Shown: in pieces, positions 25,741 through 39,182 of the stretch
Numbering within the stretch: position 1 is the stretch's first letter
Layout of the letters: each line of letters opens with the position of its first letter
NCBI GenBank assembly: GCA_964016885.1
Contig: OZ024740.1
Span: 40,982,001-41,046,000, forward strand
DNA from: Eledone cirrhosa
Lineage: Eukaryota
Length of the DNA stretch: 64,000 bases
Direction of reading: 5' to 3'
Position numbers and translations under genes: made by a program
Notes under the pieces: model-generated
What the model saw: the letters and a program-made list of their open reading frames with translations, nothing else
Told to the model about the DNA's origin: nothing
Databases searched by the model: none

Positions 25741-27922
25741 TAATATAAAGAATGGTGTGCTCATACGCGGAGATGTTATAAAATAGCTTATAAGACAACT
25801 TTTTCCATCTTTAAGAGTCTTCAGTCTATTTTATAAGCTTATAGCGAGAATACTGGGTTGTATGAATGTAACAAGGAATACATTGTTTGTGTGTATAATA
25901 TTTAATTAACAATGGTAGATAGTATAGTTGACATGTCAATAGGAATAGATGTTAGAATGAAACAAAGTTAGTAGTTACCGTTTTGATTGCCAGGCAAACG
26001 CGGCTGGCAGAGGACGCCTGGCCTTAGCCAGGACGCCGGAAGGGCAATGAGAGAAAGAGTGGTTAAAGTTGTTAGTTTTATAGGGCTCTGACCGGAAGTT
26101 GCAGAAAGGGCTCCACCTCCCGTCTAGATCCCAATCAAAACAAGGGAGACAACTGCTACATAACCTCCCGCCAGAATTTTAGTGTATAAAAATCGAAATG
26201 AAAATATGTAGCAAGTTGGCGAGAATGTTGTAACAGGCATGAAAATTACGACAAAAGAATGTTTGCAAAAATCAATGATAGATATCAAGGTAGTCAACCG
26301 CTCTTGGCCAGAGAACGACTGGACATCCATCTATCCATCACCCAAAGATACAATGTAATAAAGTAAAAGTAATAGAAGAGCTCAAAGTTCAAATGTACAA
26401 AATATAGTTCACAGGTGTGCAATCACATGACAGCAGGAAAGAAAGTGTGTTCCAGAGAATGAATGCAGGTGGTTTCTGTTCTGTGGTATATCGTGAAATT
26501 TCCAACCTCCGAATGGATTTTCTCACAGGGAGAGTGCTGCAAAAATAAATTCTCTGGCGTTCTGCTGGTTGTTGGTGAAGCTGTGTTGGTGTATTGCTGC
26601 TGCTGCTGCTGTTGTCTCGCTGAGTGAGCGTATTCGGTGTTTAAATTCACAGTAAAAAAAAAAAATTTTTTTTTTTAGAAAAAATGAGTTGCGCAAAGTG
26701 CTAGAAATAGCAGCCGAAGTTGATGGTCGATGTTGAGAATGCGTTGACCTGGAAGGGTCAAGAGGCCAGCGACCAGAGAAATAAGCATTCCCAATAAATG
26801 CGCGGTTATCAACGGTAAATTTACATTGTAAATTTATAAACCGGCAAATAGAAGAATATAGCTTAAGGCTGAAGAATCCTTGGCGAGAAACGTTATCTCT
26901 GGCGTGCGGCTATGTCTGTGTGTAGAGATATCTCTGTGAATCGAGAATTTGTGCTGCCTACACGTGCCAATACAAGGTTGAAAAAAATAATATTTCTAAC
27001 GCGCGAGAAAATGATAGTGCAATTTTGAAAGTGACAATGATGAAAAAGAAAGGCTTCATTCAGCATAATTATTGGTGTGAACTTTGGAAAAAAACAAAAA
27101 ACTTGAACGATGAAGAAAACGATGAACAAAAATGCAATGGTTCATCGAAAATAAATGTTCCTGTTGAAATGTTTTTTGAAGAATATCAAATTTCTTTTTT
27201 TTTTTGTTGTTTTGAAAGAGTTCGTTGTAAGACACGAGAAACATATATATATATCGTGAAATGTTTTTTTTTTTTTTTGTTTTGAAAGTGTTCGTTGTAA
27301 GAAACGAGAAACATATATATTGGTGAAATGCGACAGTTAGTTGATGCGTGAGAGAAAAAGTCTGTCTGTGCGAATTCCACATGTGCGTGTCCTTGAGTAT
27401 TTTCATAGTTTGTCGCTAAATTTGCTGTGTATTCGTAATGTTACTCACAAAACCAGATGTGCTATTTTTTTCTTTTTTTGGGGGTGGGGGTGGGGGGTGA
27501 CCACTTATAGCGATGAACGGCTGCGTGTTCGCATCACGTTAGGGTTACCAATATAGCGAAGATTCTGGGTTGTATGAATGTAACAAGGAATACATTGTTT
27601 GTTTGTATAATATTTAATTAACAATGGTAGATAGTATAGTTGACATGTCAAAGATGAGGATGATGTTAGAATGAAGCAAAGTTAGTAGTTACCGTTTTGA
27701 TTGCCAGGCAAACGCGGCTGGCAGAGGACGCCTGGCCTTAGCCAGGACGCCGGAAGGGCAATGAGAGAAAGAGTGGTTAAAGTTGTTAGTTTTATAGGGC
27801 TCTGACCGGAAGTTGCAGAAAGGGCTCCACCTCCCGTCTAGATCCCAATCAAAACAAGGGAGACAACCGCTACAAGCTATTTTATAGCATCTCCGCGCAC
27901 GAGCACACTGATTTTTATATTA
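25741..27922. mobile_element. MITE with ~50-bp inverted arms, split by an LTR element insertion
   Basis: TAATATAAAGAATGGTGTGCTCATACGCGGAGATGTTATAAAATAGCT pairs with AGCTATTTTATAGCATCTCCGCGCACGAGCACACTGATTTTTATATTA. Confidence 0.65.
25840..27874 (-). mobile_element. Non-coding LTR retroelement, copy 1 (tRNA-Trp PBS)
   Basis: LTRs 25840-26160 and 27552-27874 (TGTAGC...GCTATA on minus); TSD AGCT; PBS TGGTAACCCTAACGTGAT; PPT GGCGGGAGG; no TE protein ORF. Confidence 0.92.
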
Positions 27923-28272
27923 ACTTATAATATCATGTGCTGAGTTGTTAGAACGTCGGATAGAATGCTTTGCAGTATTCATTCCGACTCTATGTCCTCA
28001 GAGTTCAAATCCCGCTCAGGTCAACTTTACCTTTCATCCATTTAAGGTCGATAAAAAACTGGGGTCTATTCGTCCTCTATATCTCTTACTCACTCCCTTT
28101 CTCCCACTCTCTATCCTTCTCTTGAAGAAATCTGCTGTATTTAAACCTGGAGAGGTGATGGGTTCCGCTAGGTTTAAATTTCCCTAGAAACGCCGTATAA
28201 CAATAAGGCACCCATACGGCTCCCTCAAGAGTTACGGGTCTATACATACATACATACATACATACATGCATA

Positions 28273-28765
28273 CATACATACATACATACATAATGGCTGC
28301 AAACTCTGCTAAGAGTGTTGCAATCGCTTGTCAGATTATAGAGTTCGGTGCACTTTTAGGCCACGGCCAGCCACACGAACCTGTAACAGATCCTGAACAA
28401 GCTATGCCTGTGCTTTGAAGGTTTTTTAAGTGGAGAAAGGCCTTGACTCGACTACTCCCACTCTCTGAGCATCGAAAAGACTACCCGAAAAGGAGAACTG
28501 GTCAACATCGGATGCTTCCGAAGCCGCAGGGTTTTTTTCAGAGTTTCTTCTCCTAGAAAGGTGTTGTGTCAACAACTGGGGGCCTTTCACTTCCAGGTGA
28601 AATAAAATAAAAAAAGTACTATTTGGATGGCCGTTGACTCTGCTGAGTTCCTTCTGCCTTTGCCGGGTCTTGTATTTCATCCCGCAGGGTGTCCAAACCG
28701 ACGACCCGACCATGACAGGTTGTACTGGGTTACATGTTTCCAGTAGCACTCGAGAGCGACCTTAC
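28273..28765 (-). mobile_element. Diverged short RTE derivative in (TACA)n
   Basis: Shares GACCCGACCATGACAGGTTGTACTGGG and CAGAGTTT..TTCTCCTAGA with 29150-29753; (ATGT)n tail. Confidence 0.6.
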
Positions 28766-29149
28766 ATACATACTAGGAAATTACAAGTACAATCCATTAA
28801 TGGAACAGTAAAAATATGTAAAACATTCCAAAAATTTTGCATCTAATAACTGCATATACACATGTACAGATACAAAGCATATACACATGCACACATACAA
28901 CTCAAAACATACACATCCACACATACAATAACATCCATATCTACACATGCATGCATGCATACATAATTTACCTAGTTGATGTTGTGTAAATTCCGATGAG
29001 AGAGTCTTGTGTCTATGTTAGAAACCGACTCTCTCTCTATTGGAAAAAAATTGTGAAATTATAAAACCAGAAGAACATACATACAAACATACATACATAC
29101 ATACATACATACATACATACATACATACATACATACATACATACATACA

Positions 29150-29753
29150 TGGTGGCTGCCAACTCGTTTTCGAGTACGGCCACTACTTTATATCCATGTA
29201 GGAGAACTCCTACCGATGCGCTGAACGAGTGTGACATTTTAGTCCATCCAGCGACTTGAAAACTCTGGTACAAACACTACACTTGTGACAATTATTGACA
29301 CATAGTGTACATGGTACCATGTGACGACAAGTGAAGAGAGATCTCCAGATATAAAGCAATGCCTGTGCCGTGAAGCTTTTATAGTGAGCAAAGGCACTGC
29401 ACAAAGCCAGTCCCACTCTCTTAACCAAGATGATATTTACCAAAAAGAAGAACAAGTCAACATCATTGGATACCATCAGGGTTGCAGGTGTTATATCAGA
29501 GTTTTCCTTCTCCTAGAATTCTGCCTTGACAAAGGCTAAGGGGTCATCTCTCCCGGTGATTTTGGATGGCCATTGACTCTTAAGAGCTCCTTTTCCCTTT
29601 GACAGGTTTTGTTTTTAGTCCTGCAGGATGACCAAAGTCACCCTCCTCACCAAGAAACCTTGGTGGGTTGCCAGTTTAGTCGCCAATGACCCGACCATGA
29701 GACAGGTTGTACTGGGATACATGTTACCAGTAGCACCAACTGGTGACCTGACA
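29150..29753 (-). mobile_element. Non-autonomous RTE derivative (5'UTR + 3' end) in (TACA)n
   Basis: C-terminal C2H2 finger CSVCTRVFKSLDGLKCHTRSAH*; (ATGT)n tail; flanked by TACA repeats. Confidence 0.7.
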
Positions 29754-29881
29754 TACATACATACACACATACATACATACATACATACATACATACATAC
29801 ATACATACATACACACATACATACATACATACATACATACATACATACATACATACATACATACATACATACATACATACA

Positions 29882-30495
29882 TGGTGGCTGCCAACTCGTT
29901 TTCGAGTACGGCCACTACTTTATATCCATGTAGGAGAACCCCTACTGATGCGCTAAACAAGTGTGACTTTTTAGTCCAGCCAGCGACTTGAAAACTCTGG
30001 TACAAACACTACACCTGTGACAATTATTGACACATAGTGCTGGGCCCATGGTACCATGTGATGACAAGTGCAGAGAGATCTCCAGATATAAAGCAATGCC
30101 TGTGCCGTGAAGCTTTTATAGTGAGCAAAGGCACTGCACAAAGCCAGTCCCACTCTCTTAACCAAGATGATATTTACCAAAAAGAAGAACAAGTCAACAT
30201 CATTGGATACCATCAGGGTTGCAGGTGTTATATCAGAGTTTTCCTTCTCCTAGAATTCTGCCTTGACAAAGGCTAAGGGGTCATCTCTCCCGGTGATTTT
30301 TGTCAGGTCACCAGTTGGTGCTACTGGTAACATGTATCCCAGTACAACCTGTCTCATGGTCGGGTCGTTGGCGACTAAACTGGCAACCCCACCAAGGTTT
30401 CTTGGTGAGGAGGGTGACTTTGGACATCCTGCAGGACTAAAAACAAAACCTATCAAAGGGCAAAGGAGCTCTTAAGAGTCAATGGCCATCCAAAA
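29882..30495 (-). mobile_element. Second copy of the RTE derivative with 5' inversion
   Basis: 29882-30300 is colinear with 29150-29562; 30301-30494 is the reverse complement of ~29559-29753. Confidence 0.8.
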
Positions 30496-31452
30496 ACATA
30501 CATACATACATACATACATACATACATACATACATACATACATACATACATACATAATATGTATCTCAACAAAAACAGAATGGGTTCTAGTGTAATCAAA
30601 TGTTACTGTTGTTGTAGTCGTCGTTATTGTTGTTGTTACTGCTGTTGTTGTTTAATCTCTCAATTGAAACAAATACATTATCATAGGACATTACAGATAT
30701 GACCATCTCGAATATTTAGCTTAAGATTTAATTAACTAATTAACTAATTTTGATTGCATGCAAGATTGGTGAAGGAATTAAATATTTTATCAATGAAGTG
30801 TTGACATTCTACAAGTTTGCTGTCAGTGTCGTGGGTGGTGTGAAATACAAGTAGGAAGTGTAAACCATAAGAGATATTGAAAAAATATATTTTAACAGGT
30901 GTTTTTTATTAAATAATGTATATATATACATAAATGAAAAAATAAAAATAAAACACACACAAGCAGGTAATACACACATCTAGGACCACAACAAAAAGCA
31001 GGCGAAAGGGGTGGACAAACGAACCGCTACCAGAACAAAAGATAACGATATTGCGAGGAGCACTGGAAAACCTCTAATAATTTTTGAGGCAAGCCAGCAC
31101 GCTCGCAGCGTTACCTCAGGTGATGGCGAGGCTGATGCGTTGGAGCAGCCAAGCGCCTTCACGATCATCACCAGTTATCCCGGTTAGATGAGCTGCCAGT
31201 GAGGACAAAAGATATTTATAATTAAATATTTATGTTGTTGTTTAGCCCTAGGTGAGACCTGATCGAGCATGCCTATGATCACTGACATCTCAGTTGTGAC
31301 CACACAGTCTATCCTGGCAAAGTGTACCTAAGACAGAGATGGTGATCTTATGACATGGTTTTAAGTGATAAGTAATGAACTTTGAAAAAGTAATTATAGT
31401 TCAGGTAACGTTTTAAATCTGACCCCCCCCCCCCGGTTTTATAGGTATATAG

Positions 31453-31743
31453 CAGTCATGAGCAACCTGTGGCCCGCGAAGCTTTTGAATGGCTCGCCTA
31501 AGTCACTTAAATGAAATCTTTCTGATTTTTTTACCTTAACTTTTCAGTCGTAATTTATCTTTCTATCATTTTTACGATCGAGGAAAACAACGTGTACGAA
31601 TTCTGAAGAAACAAATCAAAACTACCTGAGTTGCCGCCCTTTCTTTTAACTGTAGGCACTAATGTAAATGAACGCTTGCGGCCGGTCTGTTGATGAGCCA
31701 TTTCTCATGCGACCCGCTTCTCGAAAAAGGTTGCCCATGCCTG
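31453..31743. mobile_element. hAT (Charlie-like) MITE
   Basis: TIRs CAGTCATGAGCAACCT / AGGTTGCCCATGCCTG; 8-bp TSD GTATATAG. Confidence 0.88.
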
Positions 31744-32679
31744 GTATATAGGTATATTTTGAATTTTTAAGTTATATCTATATATAAATTTCTTTGATTC
31801 TGTTACAACACGTAAAGAGAGAGGAGTAGTTTGACTACCTCATACTACTCCTCTCTCTTTACACCTGTTGCCTGCGTGAATGTATGTGTGTGTAAAAGGA
31901 AGACAGGGTGTGGTGAAGAAACTATAGCAAAATAGAGGCTGGCGTTCCATTTGTTATGCTGTGTATGTGTGTATGTGTTTGTGTGAATGTATGTGTGTGT
32001 TTGTGTGAATGTATGTCTGAGGGTGTATTTTTGTAAGTGTGTCTGTGTTTGCACGTTTATATTTATATACTCATACATATAAATGTATGCATATGCACAT
32101 ACACACACATACGCGTCAGCGTGTTGAAAAAAGTTCTTGTTTTATTAAATTTCTCAGATTTATAAATATCTTAGAAAAATATGCCGTTTATCTATAAACG
32201 TTTATTGAAAACTAAAATACATGGACACGTTTGAAGCCCCAACAATAGGACTATTAAAAACGATAAAAATTTCAATACGAGGGGCTAAAATGATTGGCAA
32301 CCTCTTATTTAGGGCTATATTATACGATGTATCCTATCATTTCTTAAGACGACAGGGTGTAATATATCATACAATAAGGTGTAATATATCATATGCTGTA
32401 TCTTACCCTTTGTTATAACGGTAGGGCGTAATATATCATACAATGTTATGACGGTAGGATGTAATATATTCTACAATGTATCTTAACCTTTGTTATGAAA
32501 GTAGGATGCAATATGAAGAACGGTTGGCTGCTATTTCTAGTAGACCAATTTTTCTATGTTCTCCACATCTTAATATATTTACATCAGGGGAGGTAACTTG
32601 AGACACACGACAACCAATGAATTTTCTTTTTTTCGCAAGTAACGTATGATAATTTTTATTTACAGTATCGAAGTATGGC

Positions 32680-34692
32680 ACAGTGGATAGTCTCTTCGCT
32701 ACGTCCGAAGAAGCCAGAGCACACTCCGCAGTGACGAAATAGTGATGGTGCCCACATACTGCGGCCAGAGAGTCGCGAGGGTCCGAGTGACCCAGGTTTC
32801 TCCCTCGGTGGAGATCGCTTGGCTGATGGCGTCCGCCCTCGCTGACGCCGAAGAGTCAATAACAATCCTAGACGTCATGTGCATGAGGCAGGAAAACTGG
32901 TCAGGTTCGGGGATGGAGCTAATTATCCAATCAAACCACGAAAGCATCGAGATCATCCCCGATGTGATCGACCTGGACGACGGCAGCCATCTAGCCGTGA
33001 CTGTCGAAGGTAGGCGCCCAAGTTGTCACGGGTGCGGAGACAAAACACACCTTAAGGCCTTCTTCCCCAAACTCACCAAGGTGGGCACATGCTCGCCCCT
33101 ACACCGTGCCCCGCGACTGGAGTGGCCAAACCACCCGAGGCCGCAGTGGCAGAAAAAACTACCAGCATCAGCGACACCAACGACAAAAACACCATCTCCT
33201 CCACCACCAACAGCGCCAACAAGATCAATGGAGAGCATGCCCCTTCCCGATATTGTTAAATCGGACAAGGAGTGTCATGGCGCTGAAGGGTGGAAAACCA
33301 TCGCAGTGGAAAAAAAAAGAAAAAAAAGTAAGAACTCCCTACCTTCGCCCCCCCCCCCCAAAGGAGGAAAAAAACAACAACAAAAAGTCAAGGACCCCAC
33401 AGCCATCACCATCAACAGCCCCCCCACAAACACCACCATCATTATCATCTACCCCATCGTCACCTCCAGCAACACCACAGCAAACACTGAAAGCACCAAC
33501 ATCCGAAAAGCAGATACAATACACAGCTATAGACACAGACAACACAAAACTTTTAAATTACATTCAACACCACACCAATATTATAGAAACAAATTACATA
33601 CAAACCACCAAAATCGCACCTCCCACACATAAAATAATTTAAATCTCTCAAAAGAATTACACAACATTAAAGAAAAAATTCCCGGCGGCAATTGGAGACT
33701 ATCGAGTAAACCTCACCAAAAGAATTTATTCTGACATTCTCGTGGAGAAATCCACCACTGGTCGGAGCGATGGATCACCCACTCCCTTCCTAAAAAAAGC
33801 CAAAGGTAAAGTGTTTTCCACTTTTCCTCTCTCATTTGTTTCCTCCTATCTTAACCAACATAGCTTCTCTCAAGATAGGCAGTATAAATGCATATCACCT
33901 GGGTCGTCTTGGAAGTAGGGCTACCTGCCCAATGATCTCAGGTCGCTAAACATAGATGTGGTGGCCATCAGTGAGACCAGAATATCCGAGGCACGGGCAT
34001 TCGTACCCATTTTCAGCGGCTATGAGATGTACACATCTCCAAGCCGTCCCAGATCTGGGGGTGGAGTGGCTGTGTTGTTCCGGAGAAGTCAGGATCTCGA
34101 GATAGGGCCATCTTCTTAGACCCAGAAGGTAAGTTGGTGGTGCTGGACCTAACCAGTGGAGAAGGGCGAGCTTTCAGGCTAGTGGCTGACTATGCCCCAA
34201 CAGGGACAGGACGGTCTGACTTCTTCCAGCGTCTGGAAACCTTTCTTCGAACGTCCCGCTCTTTAGTGTTAGTGGGAGACTGGAACGGGATCTTGGATGC
34301 ACACTGGGACTGTGTGTGATTAGCGGATAGGGGAGGAGGGTGTAAAAGCCTCGCAAACCTGCTCAGACGTTTGGATTTCCCGAATGTGCCAATGTGGACA
34401 TGGACAAACCGCATCGGGTCATCCAGATCGTATCTAGATAGAGTATTTTGTAGGGAAATAGATAGGTCTAGCATAGGCTGTCCACAATTTAAGATAGTCG
34501 ACTACACGAACCACAAATTTGTGATCTGTGTGGTCGACTTAGATAGGCATCGGATTAGTGAACTAGTCAAGCGGGCGTTGACGGGGGAAGTCGTCACAAC
34601 AAATGGTGGTTCATCCTGAAAAGGGCGATTAGAATAGAGTCCATTAGGTTTAGAGAAAAATAAAGCAGAGGGAGAACTAGTTCGAAAATTAG
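32680..34692 (+). mobile_element. L1/Tx1-like LINE remnant (ORF1 end + APE endonuclease)
   Basis: AVTVEGRRPSCHGCGDKTHLKAF (degenerate knuckle); DVVAISETR; RLVADYAP; LVGDWN; WTWTN...SYLDRVF. Confidence 0.8.
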
Positions 34693-35402
34693 ACTACTAC
34701 ACATGCTAGCAGAAAACCACCCAAAGGGTGGTTTTTATGCTAGTTTAAATTAATAAATATAACTTTAGAATGAGAACATTTTGTCTGTGGAGCGTAGCTG
34801 TGATATATCCCCTAGACTGAGATGTAGAGTATGCTGCCCCCCTTTTACTTTCGGTATTTAAATTTTCTTTTCTTTTTTTTTTGTAAACATTATTGGCAGT
34901 ATCGGTAGAGCATCGGACAACATACTTTACGGCATATAGTTACGTCCTTTTACGTTCTGAGTTCAAATCCTGCCGAGGTTAGCTTTGCCTTTCATCTTAA
35001 CGGGATCGATAAAATAAAATACCAGTAACTCACTGGATGGATTTAATTGACACCACCCTCAAATTGCTGGCGTTGTGCCAAAAGTAGAAACAATTATTTA
35101 ATCTGATTAATATTTGTGAAATAAAATTTACTGTGATGTATTTTACTGCCCCTCGCCCCCTAAAAAAGGACAAATTCTGATCAAGAAAAGTAGGGGAAGC
35201 TATTTAAATATGAAATATCTCAAAGGATTTTGGTAAAAAAGCACCGGTTTTCATTTTATTGCTGTAAATAACACCCACGCACACCCACCCACATACACAC
35301 ACATATCTGCACAAAGAGGAAATCTTTCGTTATTGGTATGTTGAAAACAAAAGTGAAATGAAAATTTTACAATCTTTTTAAATTGATAAACTAACACGTG
35401 AA

Positions 35403-35827
35403 GGCGCATGGCTTAGTGGTTAGAGCATTGGGCTTGGAATCGAAAGATTGTGAGTTCAATTCTCGGACCGGGTGATGTGTTGTTTCCTTGAGCAAGACAC
35501 TTTATTTCACATTGCTCCAGTTTATTCAGCTGTAGAAATGAGATGATAGGACTGGGGTCCCTATCATTCCACTGCAAAGTGGTCATGGAGGTGCCACAGC
35601 AAAAAAGCACCCAGCCCACACTGTAAAATGGACGTATAGGTACCACGGAAATAAGTACCCAGCACTCACTGTAAATGAGGTTGGTGTTAGGAAGGGCATC
35701 TAGCTGTAGAAATCAATCCAGAATCAGTTCCCGTATGAGCAAGACAAGGTCAGCCGACCGGACACCCCGTCTAACCCATGCTAGCATGGAAGAACGGACG
35801 TAAAACGGTGATGATGATGATGATGAT
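35403..35827 (+). mobile_element. tRNA-derived SINE family B with RTE-like 3' tail (copies 46692-47075 and 52721-53070)
   Basis: GGCGCATGGCTTAGTGGTTAGAGC A box; GAGTTCAATTC B box; TCCTTGAGCAAGACACTT central block; tail GTTAGGAAGGGCATC...(GAT)n shared with RTE LINEs in the window. Confidence 0.88.
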
Positions 35828-36654
35828 AACACTAACTGAGAAAAGTACTATATTTAATTTCAGCAACGTGACAAACAGTGGCCAAATCAGTCTGGATAAA
35901 CTCTGGATCTCCATCACTCTCAAAGATGGGGCCAATACACACGCTCATACATACATACAGACACACACATACAGACTACACACACACACAGATACTCACA
36001 CACCAGCTGAGAAAGGTACTATATTTCATTTCAGCAACATTACCAACAGTAGCCTATTCAGTCTGGATAAACTCTGGATCTCCATCACTCCCAGAGATGG
36101 GGCCTAATGTCTGTGTGAGTGTGTGTGTGTGTGTGTTTACATTTTGATGTGACAAGTCCCTTGATTCCAAGGTCCTTCATGGATTGTCTTGTTGATTAAA
36201 TGCAGATCACTTTACTTGTCACACCTAGTTGAACTTAATCATAAAACAAGTCGTAGCTAGAATCAATAACCCCTCAATTCTTGACTTAGACAGAATTGCT
36301 ATGCTTGATTGGAAGAGGCCCTATGGTCTTATTTACCCTTTGTCCCTGGGGTGGTAGCTGATGCCTCACATGGGGTACCACAGTCACTGACTCTTCCACT
36401 GCTCACAACCTAGACTTTATTGTGAAGGTGGAGTTGAGGGGGTGGGCACTACATCTGTAATGTAATGTGTGTGTGTGAGAAAGATAGAGAGAGAGATGTG
36501 AGTGAAAGTGTGTACTCTTAGATTTTGAATAATTGTCCTCCTTGCTTATTAATTTTTCATATTTTTTTCCAACTCCTCCGCTTATTATATTTTGCTAATC
36601 TATTTACAGTGAAATTTTATTTTAAGTGATAGCATTCCTGCGACAATTCTTTTT

Positions 36655-36972
36655 CTTCTTCTTTGCCCACTTATTCCTGAGAGGGTCTTGGGGGAAGAGT
36701 TCTCAAACACTCCTTCCAGCGGGTCCTATCTGAAGCAACCGTCTCCAACTGATCCTACTGGAGATGTACCAAGCTCATGAATGTTATCCAACCGGAGATG
36801 TAGTAGACGTTATCAATTCAGAAAAGTAGCAGCTCTACATCGAGTAGCTCTCTGATCTCCAAGCTACGTACTCTATCGAGTAACGTTACTCCAAAGACCC
36901 TTTGGAGGAATCTCATTTTGGCTGTTTGTATTCGCGATCATATTCTTTCGGTCATTACCCATTTTTCTTTCT
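36655..36972 (-). mobile_element. Old RTE LINE 3' fragment
   Basis: Minus strand KWVMTERI*SRIQTAKMRFLQR...; degenerate. Confidence 0.6.
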
Positions 36973-37007
36973 TCTTCCTTTTAACAACAAAACTTTAATC
37001 ATGAACC

Positions 37008-38960
37008 TGTAGCAGTGGCCTCCCTTGTTGTGACTCACAACCCCAATAGATTAACAACATCTAGACGGGAAGTAGAACCCTTTCTGTAACTTCCGGTCAG
37101 AACCCTATAAAACTAACAACTTTAAGTTCTCTGCCTCTCATTTGCCCTTAAGGCGTCTGGCCCTCGCCAGGCGTCTCGCGTTTGCCTGGCAATCAAAACG
37201 GTAACTACTAACTTTGCTTCATTCTATCATCTATTACTTTGACATGTCAACTATACTGTTCTATATATATCCATGATTGTTAATTAAATATTATACACAC
37301 AAACCATGTCTCCTTGTTACATTCATACAACCTAGTATCCTCGCTATATTGGTAACCCTGACGTGATACGAACACGCAGCCGTTCATCGCTATAAGTGGT
37401 CACCCCAAAAAAATAAAAAAATAGCAGATTCTGGTGTTGTGTGAGTAACATTACGAATACACAGCAAATTTATTGACAAACCATGAAAATACTCAAAGAA
37501 ACGCACACACGCACATGTGAAATTTGCGTTCAGACAGACTTTTTCTCTCACGCATCAACTAACTGTCGCATTTCACGATATATATATATATGTTTCTCGT
37601 TTCTTACAACGAACACTTTCAAAACAAAAAAAAAAAGAAATTTGATATTTTTTAAAAAACATTTCAACAGGAACATTTATTTTCGATGAACCATTGCCTT
37701 TTTTTTTCATCGTTTTCTTCATCGTTCAAGTTTTTTTTTTCCAAAGTTCACACCAATAATTATGCTAAGTGAAGCCTTTCTTTTTCATCAGTGTCACTTT
37801 CACACTTGCACTATCATTTTCTCGCGCGTTAGAAATATTATTTTTTTAAACCTAACTTAACCTTGTATTGGCACGTGTAGGCAGCACAAATTCTCGACTC
37901 ACAAGAGATAGCCGCACGCCAGAGATAACGTTTCTCGCCAAGGATTCTTCAGCCTTAAGCTATATTCTCCTATTTGCCGGTTTAAAAATTTACCACGTAA
38001 ATTTGCCGTTGAAAACTGCGCATTTATTCAGAATGCTTATTTCTTTGGTCGCTGGCCTCTTGACCCTTCCAGGTCAACGCATTCTCAACATCGACCATCA
38101 ACTTCGGCTGTTATTTCTAGCACTTTGCGCAACTCATTTTTTCCGAAAAAATTTTTTTTTTTTACTGTGAATTTAAACACCGAATACGCTCACTCAGCGA
38201 GACAACAACATCAACAGCTTCACCAACAACCAAAACCAGCAGAACAAGCCAGAGAATTTATTTTTGCAGTACTCTTCCTGTAAGAAAATCCATTCGGAGG
38301 TTGGAAATTTCACGATATACCACAGAGCAGAAACCACCTGCATTCATTCTCTGGAACACACTTTCTTTCCTGCTGTCATGTGATTGCACACCTGTGAACT
38401 ATATTTTGTACATTTGAACTTTGAGCTCTTCTCTTACTTTATTACATTGTATCTTTGGGTGATGGATAGATAGAGGTCCAGTCGTTCTCTGGCCAAGAGC
38501 GGTTGGCTACCTTGACATCTATCATTGATTTTTGCAAACATTCTTTTGTCGTAATTTTCATGCCTGTTACAACATTCTCGCCAACTTGTTACATATTTCA
38601 TTCGATTTTTATATTCTAAAATTCTGGCGGGAGGTTATGTAGCAGTGGCCTCCCTTGTTGTGACTCACAACCCCAATAGATTAACAACATCTAGACGGGA
38701 AGTAGAACCCTTTCTGTAACTTCCGGTCAGAACCCTATAAAACTAACAACTTTAAGTTCTCTGCCTCTCATTTGCCCTTCCGGCGTCTCGCGTTTGCCTG
38801 GCAATCAAAACGGTAACTACTAACTTTGCTTCATTCTATCATCTATTACTTTGACATGTCAACTATACTGTTCTATATATATCCATGATTGTTAATTAAA
38901 TATTATACACACAAACCATGTCTCCTTGTTACATTCATACAACCTAGTATCCTCGCTATA
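37008..38960 (+). mobile_element. Non-coding LTR retroelement, copy 2
   Basis: LTRs 37008-37348 and 38638-38960; TSD AACC; PBS from 37350; PPT 38626-38634; internal region is homologous to copy 1 in inverted orientation. Confidence 0.93.
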
Positions 38961-39182
38961 AACCCTAACTGTACTATTTTATTAATTTCCACACACATTC
39001 ATATGTTGCTGTTTAGACATTTTGATATTTTGGATTTGCGATCAGTCATTATCCAAGGTAAGAGTTCGCATGAATACCGAATTGATGATAGTGAGTTTGG
39101 CTTTTATACCTACCTCCCCTCTGATTACTGAATGCTGAAGCTGACACATTACTGAACCAGCTCCTGAAATTATTGCACTTAA

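Noticed and set aside
28990-29045. CCGATGA + GAGAGTC/GACTCTC hairpin as a hammerhead
   Set aside because: No correctly placed GAAA, stem III or cleavage triplet.
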